Below, in pieces: positions 20,797 to 28,905 of a stretch of 30,656 nucleotides of DNA. Under the pieces are notes generated by a model. The model saw only the letters and a list, made by a program, of their open reading frames with translations. It searched no databases and was not told the DNA's origin. The position numbers were made by a program, and so were the translations under genes. This DNA is from a virus (lineage: Duplodnaviria; Caudoviricetes). Position 1 is the stretch's first letter. Each line of letters begins with the position of its first letter. Location: positions 1 through 30,656 of IMG/VR virus record IMGVR_UViG_3300006484_000039; one strand, given 5' to 3'.

Positions 20797-21080
20797 ACAA
20801 AAAAACATGTATAACAACACTACAAAAAGCATATGATAGTGTTAAAAGAAGACTAAACGAAAACAATATATCAAAAGAAAAATCTTTTGATATCATAGTA
20901 AATGAGTTGAGTAGAGGAATTCCTACGGATAGTTTATTAATCGAATTAGATAATATTAAAAAAGGTGGAAATATTAAAAATTTAATCGAATTTTTAAATA
21001 AAATGGGAGAACAAGATAGTGAGAATTGGATTTTAAAAGATAAGCTGATTGAATTTTTATTCAAATTTTATAGTTATTAA
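20793..21080 (+). CDS. Hypothetical protein
   Basis: 95-aa ORF coupled to the upstream gene. Confidence 0.65.
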   Translation: MNKKTCITTLQKAYDSVKRRLNENNISKEKSFDIIVNELSRGIPTDSLLIELDNIKKGGNIKNLIEFLNKMGEQDSENWILKDKLIEFLFKFYSY

Positions 21081-21088
21081 TTTAAAAT

Positions 21089-21250
21089 ATGAGTGCTGGT
21101 AAAGGAGATAAGCCTAGAAGTTGTTTTTCTAAACAATTTAAAAGTAATTACGATGAAATTAATTGGGATAAGAAAAAAGTTAAAAAAAACAAACTTAAAA
21201 AAAAGGAACGTTTGAAAGAAAAAGAGTTTTTTAGTTTTATAAAAGATTGA
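21089..21250 (+). CDS. Small basic phage protein (MSAGKGDKPR...NYDEINW)
   Basis: 53-aa ORF below the ORF-track cutoff. The GKGDKPR...NYD.I.W pattern is a recurrent small phage family. Confidence 0.7.
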   Translation: MSAGKGDKPRSCFSKQFKSNYDEINWDKKKVKKNKLKKKERLKEKEFFSFIKD

Positions 21251-21420
21251 TTGTTATGGATTATAAGCAAACAAAATATAACATTTCATATATATTTTGG
21301 CTTATATTTTTCTTTGTAAAAAAATCTCCTACATTATTATATCTTTTCGTGTATAGAGAAATACTTTTTATTAAATTGTTTTTTTTAGATATGTTTTACA
21401 GATAAGTTATATAACACAAC

Positions 21421-21675
21421 ATGTCTAAAACTGTAATAGTCAAAAATAAAAACACTAAAAACACTGGACCTTTTAGTGTATATTCCAATGTAATATCCAC
21501 TACTAGTCTTTTGATTTCAAATGTAGATAAAGCAGATTTGGATAAGGGTTTAGCTGTTTTAGTTCCAGATGATTATGTTAATTTAGTTATTGTAAATACT
21601 GGACCATGTTCTACTGTAACTGTGATTACTGATTTAAGTTGTGTTTTAGAAGTTAAAATTACCGAAGTTATTTAA
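21421..21675 (+). CDS. Small beta-rich protein, paralog 1 of a tandem trio
   Basis: KT..V...GPFSVY...G..V.VPD...I.N...C pattern shared with the next two genes. Confidence 0.75.
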   Translation: MSKTVIVKNKNTKNTGPFSVYSNVISTTSLLISNVDKADLDKGLAVLVPDDYVNLVIVNTGPCSTVTVITDLSCVLEVKITEVI

Positions 21676-21676
21676 A

Positions 21677-21997
21677 ATGAAAACTATTTTTGTACAAGCA
21701 ACATCTGCAACCAAATCTCAAGGACCTTTTACTATAACAGATCCTCTTGGATATCCCTATAAGATGAATTTGTCCTTATCTGAACTATCATCGGGGGTTT
21801 ATATAGAAGTTATTGATAGTGTGTCTGCTTTAAATGTTATTAATAATACATATGGATGCTTCAGTCAAAAATTATCAGCACTTCCTGCTGCTACTCCTAC
21901 AATTACACTAACACTTACAGTTACAATACCTCCCGTATTTAGTTCATTTACACCAACACCAACACCAACACCAACAGCTACTCCAACAGCTACTTGA
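21677..21997 (+). CDS. Paralog 2 with a C-terminal (PT)n tail
   Basis: GPFTI...GVYIEV...IN...C; ends TPTPTPTPTATPTAT. Confidence 0.75.
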   Translation: MKTIFVQATSATKSQGPFTITDPLGYPYKMNLSLSELSSGVYIEVIDSVSALNVINNTYGCFSQKLSALPAATPTITLTLTVTIPPVFSSFTPTPTPTPTATPTAT

Positions 21998-22017
21998 TAT
22001 ATATATCATTATAAAAT

Positions 22018-22839
22018 ATGCAAACAAAAACATTTAAAGTAGAATTTTCAATAGGAGAATGTGTTGGTCCGTATTCTATATATTATGATTTGGTAGATAA
22101 AAATACCGTAGCAAAATTTGAAGATAGTAATTTACTAGCAGTAGGAATTAGTTTAGAAAATATTAAAAATGGATTTAACATAAAAATACCTTCTACAGCA
22201 TCTAGGATTATAATATATAATTTAAATCCATTGTGCAAAAAAATTTCACAAGTGATTCCTTTAGCACAACCACCAACTCCTACACCAACTCCTACCCCTA
22301 CACCAACTCCTACACCCACATTAACTCCTACATATACACCAACTGTAAAATATTATGATAGTACAACAAAAATAAGCAATGCACAATATAATGCAATATA
22401 TGATGGTAATTTTCTTGTTAACTGCTTGGGAAATTATATTCCAGTAAGTCTATATTCTCGTTCAGAAACATACTTTCCAACTGCCACTTCATATGCTGTT
22501 TTAGTTTCATCTCGAAATGTATTTTTTGGTTCTAGTAGTGTTAATTTGGGAATATGTGATAATGGAATAGTAAGAACAAGTATCATAACAAATTTAAGCT
22601 GCAAATACATTGTTGATTTATATAACTTATTCAGTGTATATTCACCGATCTCTTCATTTTCGTTTGGATCTTCGGGTATGGTAGTAAAACATGATATAGG
22701 TAATAATCAATATAAAATTTCTGAGACATATGCTTGTAATACTTTCAAAAGAAATCTTGAATACTTTGATAAATTTGAAACAGGAAAATCATTGTTTTAT
22801 AGCATATCTTCAAAGGTAAATCCCAATCAAAACTATTAA
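22018..22839 (+). CDS. Paralog 3 with a long (PT)n linker and an additional C-terminal domain
   Basis: GPYSIY...GFNIKIP...IYN...C, then PPTPTPTPTPTPTPTPTLTPTYTPT. Confidence 0.8.
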   Translation: MQTKTFKVEFSIGECVGPYSIYYDLVDKNTVAKFEDSNLLAVGISLENIKNGFNIKIPSTASRIIIYNLNPLCKKISQVIPLAQPPTPTPTPTPTPTPTPTLTPTYTPTVKYYDSTTKISNAQYNAIYDGNFLVNCLGNYIPVSLYSRSETYFPTATSYAVLVSSRNVFFGSSSVNLGICDNGIVRTSIITNLSCKYIVDLYNLFSVYSPISSFSFGSSGMVVKHDIGNNQYKISETYACNTFKRNLEYFDKFETGKSLFYSISSKVNPNQNY

Positions 22840-22844
22840 AAACG

Positions 22845-22918
22845 TTAAAAAATGTACCACAAAATGCCAAAAAAGTACCTAAAAATGGCATAAAAGTTGC
22901 TAAAAGTACCTATTTTTT
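22845..22918. repeat. Phased A-tract / short degenerate repeat array (AAAAGTACCTA x2, AAAATG(T)(A/C)C)
   Basis: A-tracts begin at about 22847, 22861, 22869, 22881, 22892 and 22902 in an intergenic gap. Confidence 0.5.
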
Positions 22919-23026
22919 AACATAATTTGAATATACTTTTGTTGGTAATCAATGATTTATATATTAAAATATAAAAAATCATTAAAATAAGGGTATTTTC
23001 GTTATTTTTCATATAAATAGATTTAT

Positions 23027-23305
23027 ATGAATTTTGATTTGCTAGTTGAGAGTCTGTTAAAAGAAGCTGCTCGTTGTACCAAAGTAACAGGTAAAACACA
23101 CTCGACTCGTAAGGGGAAGAAGTGGATGAAATGTGTCAAGAATCCAAAGGGTAGGGGATATAAAAGAATTCATTGGGGACAAGCAGGTGTAAGAGTTACT
23201 GGAAAATCTGGTAACACCAAACGTAAAAAATCTTTTAGAGCAAGACATAAATGTTCAACTGCAAAACCAGGAACACCAAGATATCAAGCTTGTAAAGATT
23301 GGTAA
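23027..23305 (+). CDS. Small basic conserved phage protein (KSFRARHKC...Y.AC.DW), likely late/head-internal
   Basis: Recurrent phage motif; TATAAATA at 23012-23019; N-terminal MNFDLLVESLLKE. Confidence 0.8.
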   Translation: MNFDLLVESLLKEAARCTKVTGKTHSTRKGKKWMKCVKNPKGRGYKRIHWGQAGVRVTGKSGNTKRKKSFRARHKCSTAKPGTPRYQACKDW

Positions 23306-23353
23306 AATTTTTCTTGCATATATATAAATCGTATAGTATAATTCTTTTTGAAT

Positions 23354-24232
23354 ATGAAAAAGAACGTACTAATTTTGGGACAAGGTTACATAGGAACATA
23401 TCTGTTTAATTTTTTAAAAAATTATAATGATGAATTTAATGTATATAGTTTGTCTAAAAAACATATTGATTATACAAATCCAAAAGTTTTTGGTGAATGG
23501 TTAAATAAAAATCATATGGATTGGGTTGTTAATTGTTCTGGATTTACTGGAACTCCCAACGTAGATGGATGTGAGGATCATAAAGAAGAATGCTATCATT
23601 ACAATGTATCTGTTCCTCTTTATATTACAAAGGTCTGTAATCGCTATAATGCAAAAATAATTCATATTGGTTCGGGTTGTGTATATTCTGGGTATGATAA
23701 AATTTATTCAGAGGAAGATGCAAGTGATTTTGGTACAGACTGTTTTGAATCTTCTTTCTATTCAAAGACCAAAGATGCCTTTGAAAAACTTTCTGTTAAC
23801 ATGCAAAGATATATATTTAGAATTAGAATTCCTTTCAGTAACTTGGTAGAACAAAAGAATTATTTATATAAGATTGTTAACTATGATAAATTAATTTCTA
23901 AACAAAATTCTATAACATGTGTTGATGATCTATTAGTTTTTATTAAACAGTTTATATCTTTATCTAGTCCTTCTCCTTCTGGTGTATATAACGTTGTTAA
24001 TAGGGGATCTGTAGATGCTTCTGATGTTGTGCAGATGCTTAAAGATAATGGAGTATCAAATCCTAAATGGGAGTTTGTTTCTATTAAAGAAGCTAATTTT
24101 AGAGTTAATAGAAGTAATTGTATTCTATCAACGAAAAAAATAGAAAATCTAGGTCTTGGACTTCCAGATGTTAAACATAGTCTAGAAAAATGTGTCAGAA
24201 CATTTTCAGATGTATACAAATTAACAAAATGA
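23354..24232 (+). CDS. NAD(P)-dependent NDP-4-keto-6-deoxyglucose epimerase/reductase (RmlD/UER1-like SDR)
   Basis: LILGQGYIG, NCSGFTGTPNVDGCE, HIGSGCVY, FYSKTK (YxxxK), RIRIP, NSITCVDDL, GVYNVVN and RSNCILS. Promoter TTGCAT-N17-TATAAT at 23314-23342. Confidence 0.88.
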   Translation: MKKNVLILGQGYIGTYLFNFLKNYNDEFNVYSLSKKHIDYTNPKVFGEWLNKNHMDWVVNCSGFTGTPNVDGCEDHKEECYHYNVSVPLYITKVCNRYNAKIIHIGSGCVYSGYDKIYSEEDASDFGTDCFESSFYSKTKDAFEKLSVNMQRYIFRIRIPFSNLVEQKNYLYKIVNYDKLISKQNSITCVDDLLVFIKQFISLSSPSPSGVYNVVNRGSVDASDVVQMLKDNGVSNPKWEFVSIKEANFRVNRSNCILSTKKIENLGLGLPDVKHSLEKCVRTFSDVYKLTK

Positions 24233-24249
24233 GATAATAAGTAATATGA

Positions 24250-24891
24250 ATGAATGACTTATTGGTAGAATCTATTAAAGACTTAAAGAGAAGGATAAAT
24301 CTTTTGAGTGAAAGCGATCATTCTTTATTGATATATAGAGATCGTTTTAAAGTTTTTATATCTGATGGTTATAGAAAACAAGAAGAATCTTCTTATGCAT
24401 ATACCCATAACAAAAAAGTAGGAATGAGTAGTAAAGAGTATTGGGACACCGAAATAGACGATTTTATCCATAATTTCATTAGAACATGTGATAGATATAC
24501 ATATCCATTAAAACATATGTATAAAGCATTGAAAGGCGATGAGTTCAAAGATGTAGAAATTGCATATCTACAAAAAGGAGTTGCTAAACATTATAGCAAC
24601 TCTAACTTTTTAAAAGCAATTATAAAAACAACAAATAATAAAAGATATTTGATTATAGGAAGTGGTAGTAGTGAAACCTTGTATATAGACTACACATTTG
24701 AAATAGAAAACAAACGATTCAATAGCTGGAATGATCTTGATAAGATTCCTTATGGTATAGAAGATACTGCTGGATTAATGCGTCAGCAAGAAGAATATAT
24801 AGAATCTTTAGTAAAAAAGAACTTCGGAGACGACTTTGATGATGAAGAATGGGAAGTAAATAGTAAGGTTTTAAATAGTGATAAATTTTAA
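24250..24891 (+). CDS. Hypothetical protein, paralog A (acidic C-terminal tag)
   Basis: N-terminal MNDLLVESIKDLKRRINLLSE and C-terminal VKKNFGDDFDDEEWEVNSKVLNSDKF. Confidence 0.8.
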   Translation: MNDLLVESIKDLKRRINLLSESDHSLLIYRDRFKVFISDGYRKQEESSYAYTHNKKVGMSSKEYWDTEIDDFIHNFIRTCDRYTYPLKHMYKALKGDEFKDVEIAYLQKGVAKHYSNSNFLKAIIKTTNNKRYLIIGSGSSETLYIDYTFEIENKRFNSWNDLDKIPYGIEDTAGLMRQQEEYIESLVKKNFGDDFDDEEWEVNSKVLNSDKF

Positions 24892-25634
24892 TTATATGAA
24901 TATTATAAATAATATAAAAGATTTAAAGAAAAGAATAAAAGTTATTTCTGAAAATGTTTTTACATCAACAGCAAATGATGATTTTAAAATCAAGATAATA
25001 AATGAAGATGAATTTAATCAAACTCTTAAAAAACAATACGATTTATATAAAAGTATAGATTATTTAAATGATAATGATTATGAATCTAATGAAGATCATG
25101 ATGAGATTTTATATGATAACTATGACAGAAACGAAGATGAAGATATTAACACAAGACTGAGTTTTGATCGTTTTGTTGAAGAACAAAAAAGAGTAATGCA
25201 ATGGTTATCAACAAAAATAGTCAGAAATGCTATTAAGAATAATTTAAAAGGACTTAAGGATTATAAAAGGATTATAGATATTTATTGTGATTTTTATGTT
25301 AACAGTGTAGCAATTTATAATAGTCATTATGCTTTAATGATTGTTTTAGAAGACGAAAACGATCAAAAGTGGGTAATAATACAAAATGCAATGTTTGATA
25401 GTCGAGATGGTCAAAAGACATACTGTGAAGCATATGGAGCAATGGTAGAAAAGATACAAAGAAAAATCTTCACAGCAAACGATCTTCCATTTAGATTAAA
25501 GACATGGAATCATAATTTACCAAAGCACGGAAAAGAATTGCAAGATGCAGTAAAAAAGAACTTCGTAGACGACTTTGATGATGAAGAATGGGAAATAAGT
25601 AGGAATATTTTAAATAGTGATAAATTTTAATTAT
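24810..25634 (+). repeat. ~86-bp near-identical direct repeat (24810-24895, 25549-25634)
   Basis: agtaaaaaagaacttcg.agacgactttgatgatgaagaatgggaa...ttttaaatagtgataaattttaattat occurs twice and spans both stop codons. Confidence 0.92.
24896..25630 (+). CDS. Hypothetical protein, paralog B (acidic C-terminal tag)
   Basis: ATG 24896; IKDLKKRIKVISE ... VKKNFVDDFDDEEWEISRNILNSDKF. Confidence 0.8.
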   Translation: MNIINNIKDLKKRIKVISENVFTSTANDDFKIKIINEDEFNQTLKKQYDLYKSIDYLNDNDYESNEDHDEILYDNYDRNEDEDINTRLSFDRFVEEQKRVMQWLSTKIVRNAIKNNLKGLKDYKRIIDIYCDFYVNSVAIYNSHYALMIVLEDENDQKWVIIQNAMFDSRDGQKTYCEAYGAMVEKIQRKIFTANDLPFRLKTWNHNLPKHGKELQDAVKKNFVDDFDDEEWEISRNILNSDKF

Positions 25635-25965
25635 GAATTTTGATAAATTAGTAAACATATACTGTGAGGACGAACAGACAACATTTCCCTTCATAAAAGA
25701 CGAAAAGAAAGAAGAAACAAAAGTTGTTCCAGAAGTAAAGAAAGATGAAGAATTGATAGAACTATCAAAGAACGATGATAGTCCTCGACTGTTTAAAATA
25801 TTGTGGGATGGTTTTATGCATGATACAGTGGCATCCTCAAAAGAATCAGCCATAGGTAACATTGCATTTAGACTGACAAAGGGAACAAATAAACCCACTG
25901 GAGTATTAAGAAATAAAATGAAATACATTCGTGTAAGAGACATGAGATGGAATGTAAAATATTAA
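25633..25965 (+). CDS. Hypothetical protein with MNFDKLV..E leader
   Basis: 110-aa ORF with TAAATA at 25611-25616. Confidence 0.75.
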   Translation: MNFDKLVNIYCEDEQTTFPFIKDEKKEETKVVPEVKKDEELIELSKNDDSPRLFKILWDGFMHDTVASSKESAIGNIAFRLTKGTNKPTGVLRNKMKYIRVRDMRWNVKY

Positions 25966-26009
25966 TTTTTTCGTTGTAATAATAAAACACTGTGTTATAA
26001 TGACACACC

Positions 26010-26645
26010 ATGTTTGATAACAACATATATTACTATCCTTACAATCCAGATAATAATCCGTTATTGAATTGTTTATATGATCTAGAACCAATAGATCCTC
26101 CACATAAAAAGTACAAGAGTCTTTTAGATGCGTGTCCAGCAATGGAAGTTCATAGGGAACATACATACTTGTTAAAATCTCCTATGGATTTTACACTCAC
26201 TTATGATAACAATAAGTGGACATCATCGGACAATGTAAAGGACATCATCATTCCTTCTAATAAACCATATATACAATTACAATTTTATTACTTGTTCTGG
26301 TCTAAAAGAAAGACAAATGTAAAACTATGGCAACATGATCCTCCGTTATATACAGTTAATAAAGTTACGACCTGGTATACTTCAACCGGAATGATTCCAA
26401 TAGGAGAGTATACAAGGAATACCTCTGTTGGATTTATATTGAAATACAATCAAAATATCATAGAGATAAAAAAGGGAGAAGTCATAACATCATTTACATT
26501 GGTAGGGGATTCTAAAATAGAACTAATAAAAGAAGTTCCTACGCATAAAGTTATTAATAGGAATATACAAAACTATACAAGAAAACAATTCTGTCCATAT
26601 ACATTCTCTAAAAAATTATTCTCTAGGTGGTTTGAAAAATGTTAA
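26010..26645 (+). CDS. Conserved phage protein, distant paralog of 19830-20582
   Basis: ACPA...TYLLKSPMDF, GMIPIG..TR and IKKGEVI; C-terminal CPY resembles the CPF end of the other gene. Confidence 0.65.
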   Translation: MFDNNIYYYPYNPDNNPLLNCLYDLEPIDPPHKKYKSLLDACPAMEVHREHTYLLKSPMDFTLTYDNNKWTSSDNVKDIIIPSNKPYIQLQFYYLFWSKRKTNVKLWQHDPPLYTVNKVTTWYTSTGMIPIGEYTRNTSVGFILKYNQNIIEIKKGEVITSFTLVGDSKIELIKEVPTHKVINRNIQNYTRKQFCPYTFSKKLFSRWFEKC

Positions 26646-27283
26646 GTATTTTTATGGATAAAGATATGATAGAATTGTTTAATAATGAATACAAAGAAGA
26701 TTACAAGGGTTGGAATAAACATTGTATAGTAAATGGCAAAGTAGAAACATATTCTGGTCCAGGTTCTTTGCTTTCTAATACAGAGAATCTTATAGAAAAT
26801 CTACAAGAATTTATTAAAGATAACGAAATAAAGTCTATCGTAGATGTTCCTTGTGGAGACTTCAACTATATGAAAGAAGTTGATTTAGAAGGAATTGATT
26901 ATAAAGGATATGATGTTAGTTTTAATGCAATCGAAAGATGTAAAAAATATAAAAAAGATAATATCAACTTTGAAGTATTAGATGCAACAAAGGATTCCTT
27001 ACCTTATGCAGACTTGATAATCTGCAAGGACTTGTTCTTGCATCTTTCATTAGATAATATTTCCCTTATATTAAAAAATATCATAGATTCAAAATGTAAA
27101 TACTTTGCAACTAGTAGGTATGAGGGAGGAAGCAAGGGAAACAATTCAAATAGTTCCGCACAAGCTCGACCAATAGAAGTAACCAGAGATCCTTTCAACT
27201 TCGACTATCCTATAGTATCTCAATTCCGATATACGATTAAATCAAATCTCCAAGATGAAATAATCATCTTTAAAATAAATTAA
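26639..27283 (+). CDS. Class I SAM-dependent methyltransferase (possibly acting on glycan)
   Basis: SGPGS, SIVDVPCGDFNYM (motif I), YKGYDV and ADLIICKDLFLHL. Exact start uncertain. Confidence 0.85.
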   Translation: MLSIFMDKDMIELFNNEYKEDYKGWNKHCIVNGKVETYSGPGSLLSNTENLIENLQEFIKDNEIKSIVDVPCGDFNYMKEVDLEGIDYKGYDVSFNAIERCKKYKKDNINFEVLDATKDSLPYADLIICKDLFLHLSLDNISLILKNIIDSKCKYFATSRYEGGSKGNNSNSSAQARPIEVTRDPFNFDYPIVSQFRYTIKSNLQDEIIIFKIN

Positions 27284-27349
27284 AAATAGTTCTTGCCATT
27301 ATTTTAAATTTCGAATAGTCTTGTATCCCTAGTAAGAAATACAAAATAT

Positions 27350-27562
27350 ATGAATAACATCGTAAAACTAAACCTCAAAGAACTAACCTCTGGACAATGC
27401 AATCGCAACACTCCAAGGGATATTAAAATGAAGGTAATTGGAAATGCTATTAACTTTAAACATTGGAACTTTATTGGTTTTGATGCAAACGGTTCAGTAG
27501 TAAAGATTGAACCTCGCTTTCATAATATGAGGGATAAGTTCGGTCGCTTCACAAAGAAGTAA
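27350..27562 (+). CDS. Small basic protein ending RDKFGRFTKK, monocistronic
   Basis: Own promoter (TTGCCA-N17-TAGTCT, ~27293-27321) and own terminator; C-ending codon bias. Confidence 0.75.
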   Translation: MNNIVKLNLKELTSGQCNRNTPRDIKMKVIGNAINFKHWNFIGFDANGSVVKIEPRFHNMRDKFGRFTKK

Positions 27563-27573
27563 AAAAAAACAAT

Positions 27574-27609
27574 AAAAACCCCATTGGTAAATTCCAATGG
27601 GGTTTTTTT
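27574..27609 (+). terminator. Intrinsic terminator
   Basis: CCCCATTGG-TAAATT-CCAATGGGG followed by T7. Confidence 0.9.
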
Positions 27610-27662
27610 ATAATCAAAAATATTTCTTTACATTATTAGAAATTTTACATAGATTAGAACAT

Positions 27663-27848
27663 ATGAACACATACATGGTAATCTGTAGCGTTGAAGATGA
27701 AGATCCTTTCTTTGTAGAGGCAACTGACTTGGAAGAAGCCAAGACAAAAGCCCTAGAAGATTTGGGCTGGCATATCATTCAAACGGAAGATGATCTTGAT
27801 AAAGAACAAAACAATTCATCAAGGATTCCACAGAGATTTCAAAAGTAA
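27663..27848 (+). CDS. Small acidic hypothetical protein
   Basis: ATG 27663 follows TTTACA-N17-TAGATT; the ATG at 27597 lies inside the terminator. Confidence 0.65.
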   Translation: MNTYMVICSVEDEDPFFVEATDLEEAKTKALEDLGWHIIQTEDDLDKEQNNSSRIPQRFQK

Positions 27849-27853
27849 ATAAT

Positions 27854-28126
27854 ATGAAATCTGAACTTTTTAGTGAGAGCTACTGTATTTTTGTGGATCA
27901 GAAAAACTCTGAACACTACAAAAAGGAATTGGAAAACAATAATCTCCTTGAAAAAGGAGTTAGGGTATTGAATGCAAAATTCGATATGGATATATCATGT
28001 ATCGTAATACCCAATCATTGTGATTGTAATAAAATCCGTGATACATTGTGGGAGAATCGAAAAGAGGGTGGATTCTGGCATCAATGGGGAATAGGGTACA
28101 AAGAAAAGGAATGGGAACTAGCATAA
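27854..28126 (+). CDS. Hypothetical protein
   Basis: 90-aa ORF in tandem with its neighbours. Confidence 0.7.
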   Translation: MKSELFSESYCIFVDQKNSEHYKKELENNNLLEKGVRVLNAKFDMDISCIVIPNHCDCNKIRDTLWENRKEGGFWHQWGIGYKEKEWELA

Positions 28127-28156
28127 AAAGAACATAACATCTTATAAATATGTCAT

Positions 28157-28654
28157 ATGGAATTTGATAAAATAGTTAAAAACATTATAAACGAAGAAAT
28201 AGACTATTATTCTTCTAGTAAAACAAAAAAACCTCGTCAGCCTTCTTGGAAAAAAACACATAATAGAATTCCTTCCTATAAAGATTTAGTAGATGATTAT
28301 GGTTGTTTCATGGAAACAGAAATAGGAGTTGAGGGAATTCCATTAGAAGCATTTCCACAAGAAGTCATAGAAAAATATAAAACAGAATATAATTTTACAG
28401 ATGACAATATAAAAAAATATGGAATACAACCTGAGGTATATATTGGTCTTGATTATAGTGTAGACGATAATGAGTTGTCATTGAGTGGTGACACTATTTG
28501 GAAGATACTGGAGGAAGAAGATTTTATATTCACAGCCCATAGTCCAAAAGACCAGTTTGAAATGGATATGGCAATTGAAGAGGCAATAAACAAATATATA
28601 ATAAAGAATAATAGACATTTAGAAGATTTAATTAAATATAAACTAAGGAATTAA
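28157..28654 (+). CDS. Hypothetical late protein with MEFDKIV..EE leader
   Basis: TATAAATA at 28143-28150; 165-aa ORF. Confidence 0.75.
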   Translation: MEFDKIVKNIINEEIDYYSSSKTKKPRQPSWKKTHNRIPSYKDLVDDYGCFMETEIGVEGIPLEAFPQEVIEKYKTEYNFTDDNIKKYGIQPEVYIGLDYSVDDNELSLSGDTIWKILEEEDFIFTAHSPKDQFEMDMAIEEAINKYIIKNNRHLEDLIKYKLRN

Positions 28655-28660
28655 TTTTAA

Positions 28661-28864
28661 ATGAAATATAAGATTCAGAGTAGAACAGTTTTGGGTTGGA
28701 TGGACATCATTGGAGACTTCGATACAATACAAGATGCTCAGAAAAAAATACCACTCATTCAAAAGAAATTATATGTTATGTATGATTCTAACTACCAAGT
28801 CACCTCAATACTAAGAATAGTAGATACCAAAGAAGAATCAATAAATGATCAATATGTATATTAA
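28661..28864 (+). CDS. Hypothetical protein
   Basis: 67-aa ORF in tandem with its neighbours. Confidence 0.65.
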   Translation: MKYKIQSRTVLGWMDIIGDFDTIQDAQKKIPLIQKKLYVMYDSNYQVTSILRIVDTKEESINDQYVY

Positions 28865-28905
28865 AATTATTGACATTTTCTTTTATTTTCAATAAATTAA
28901 ATAAT

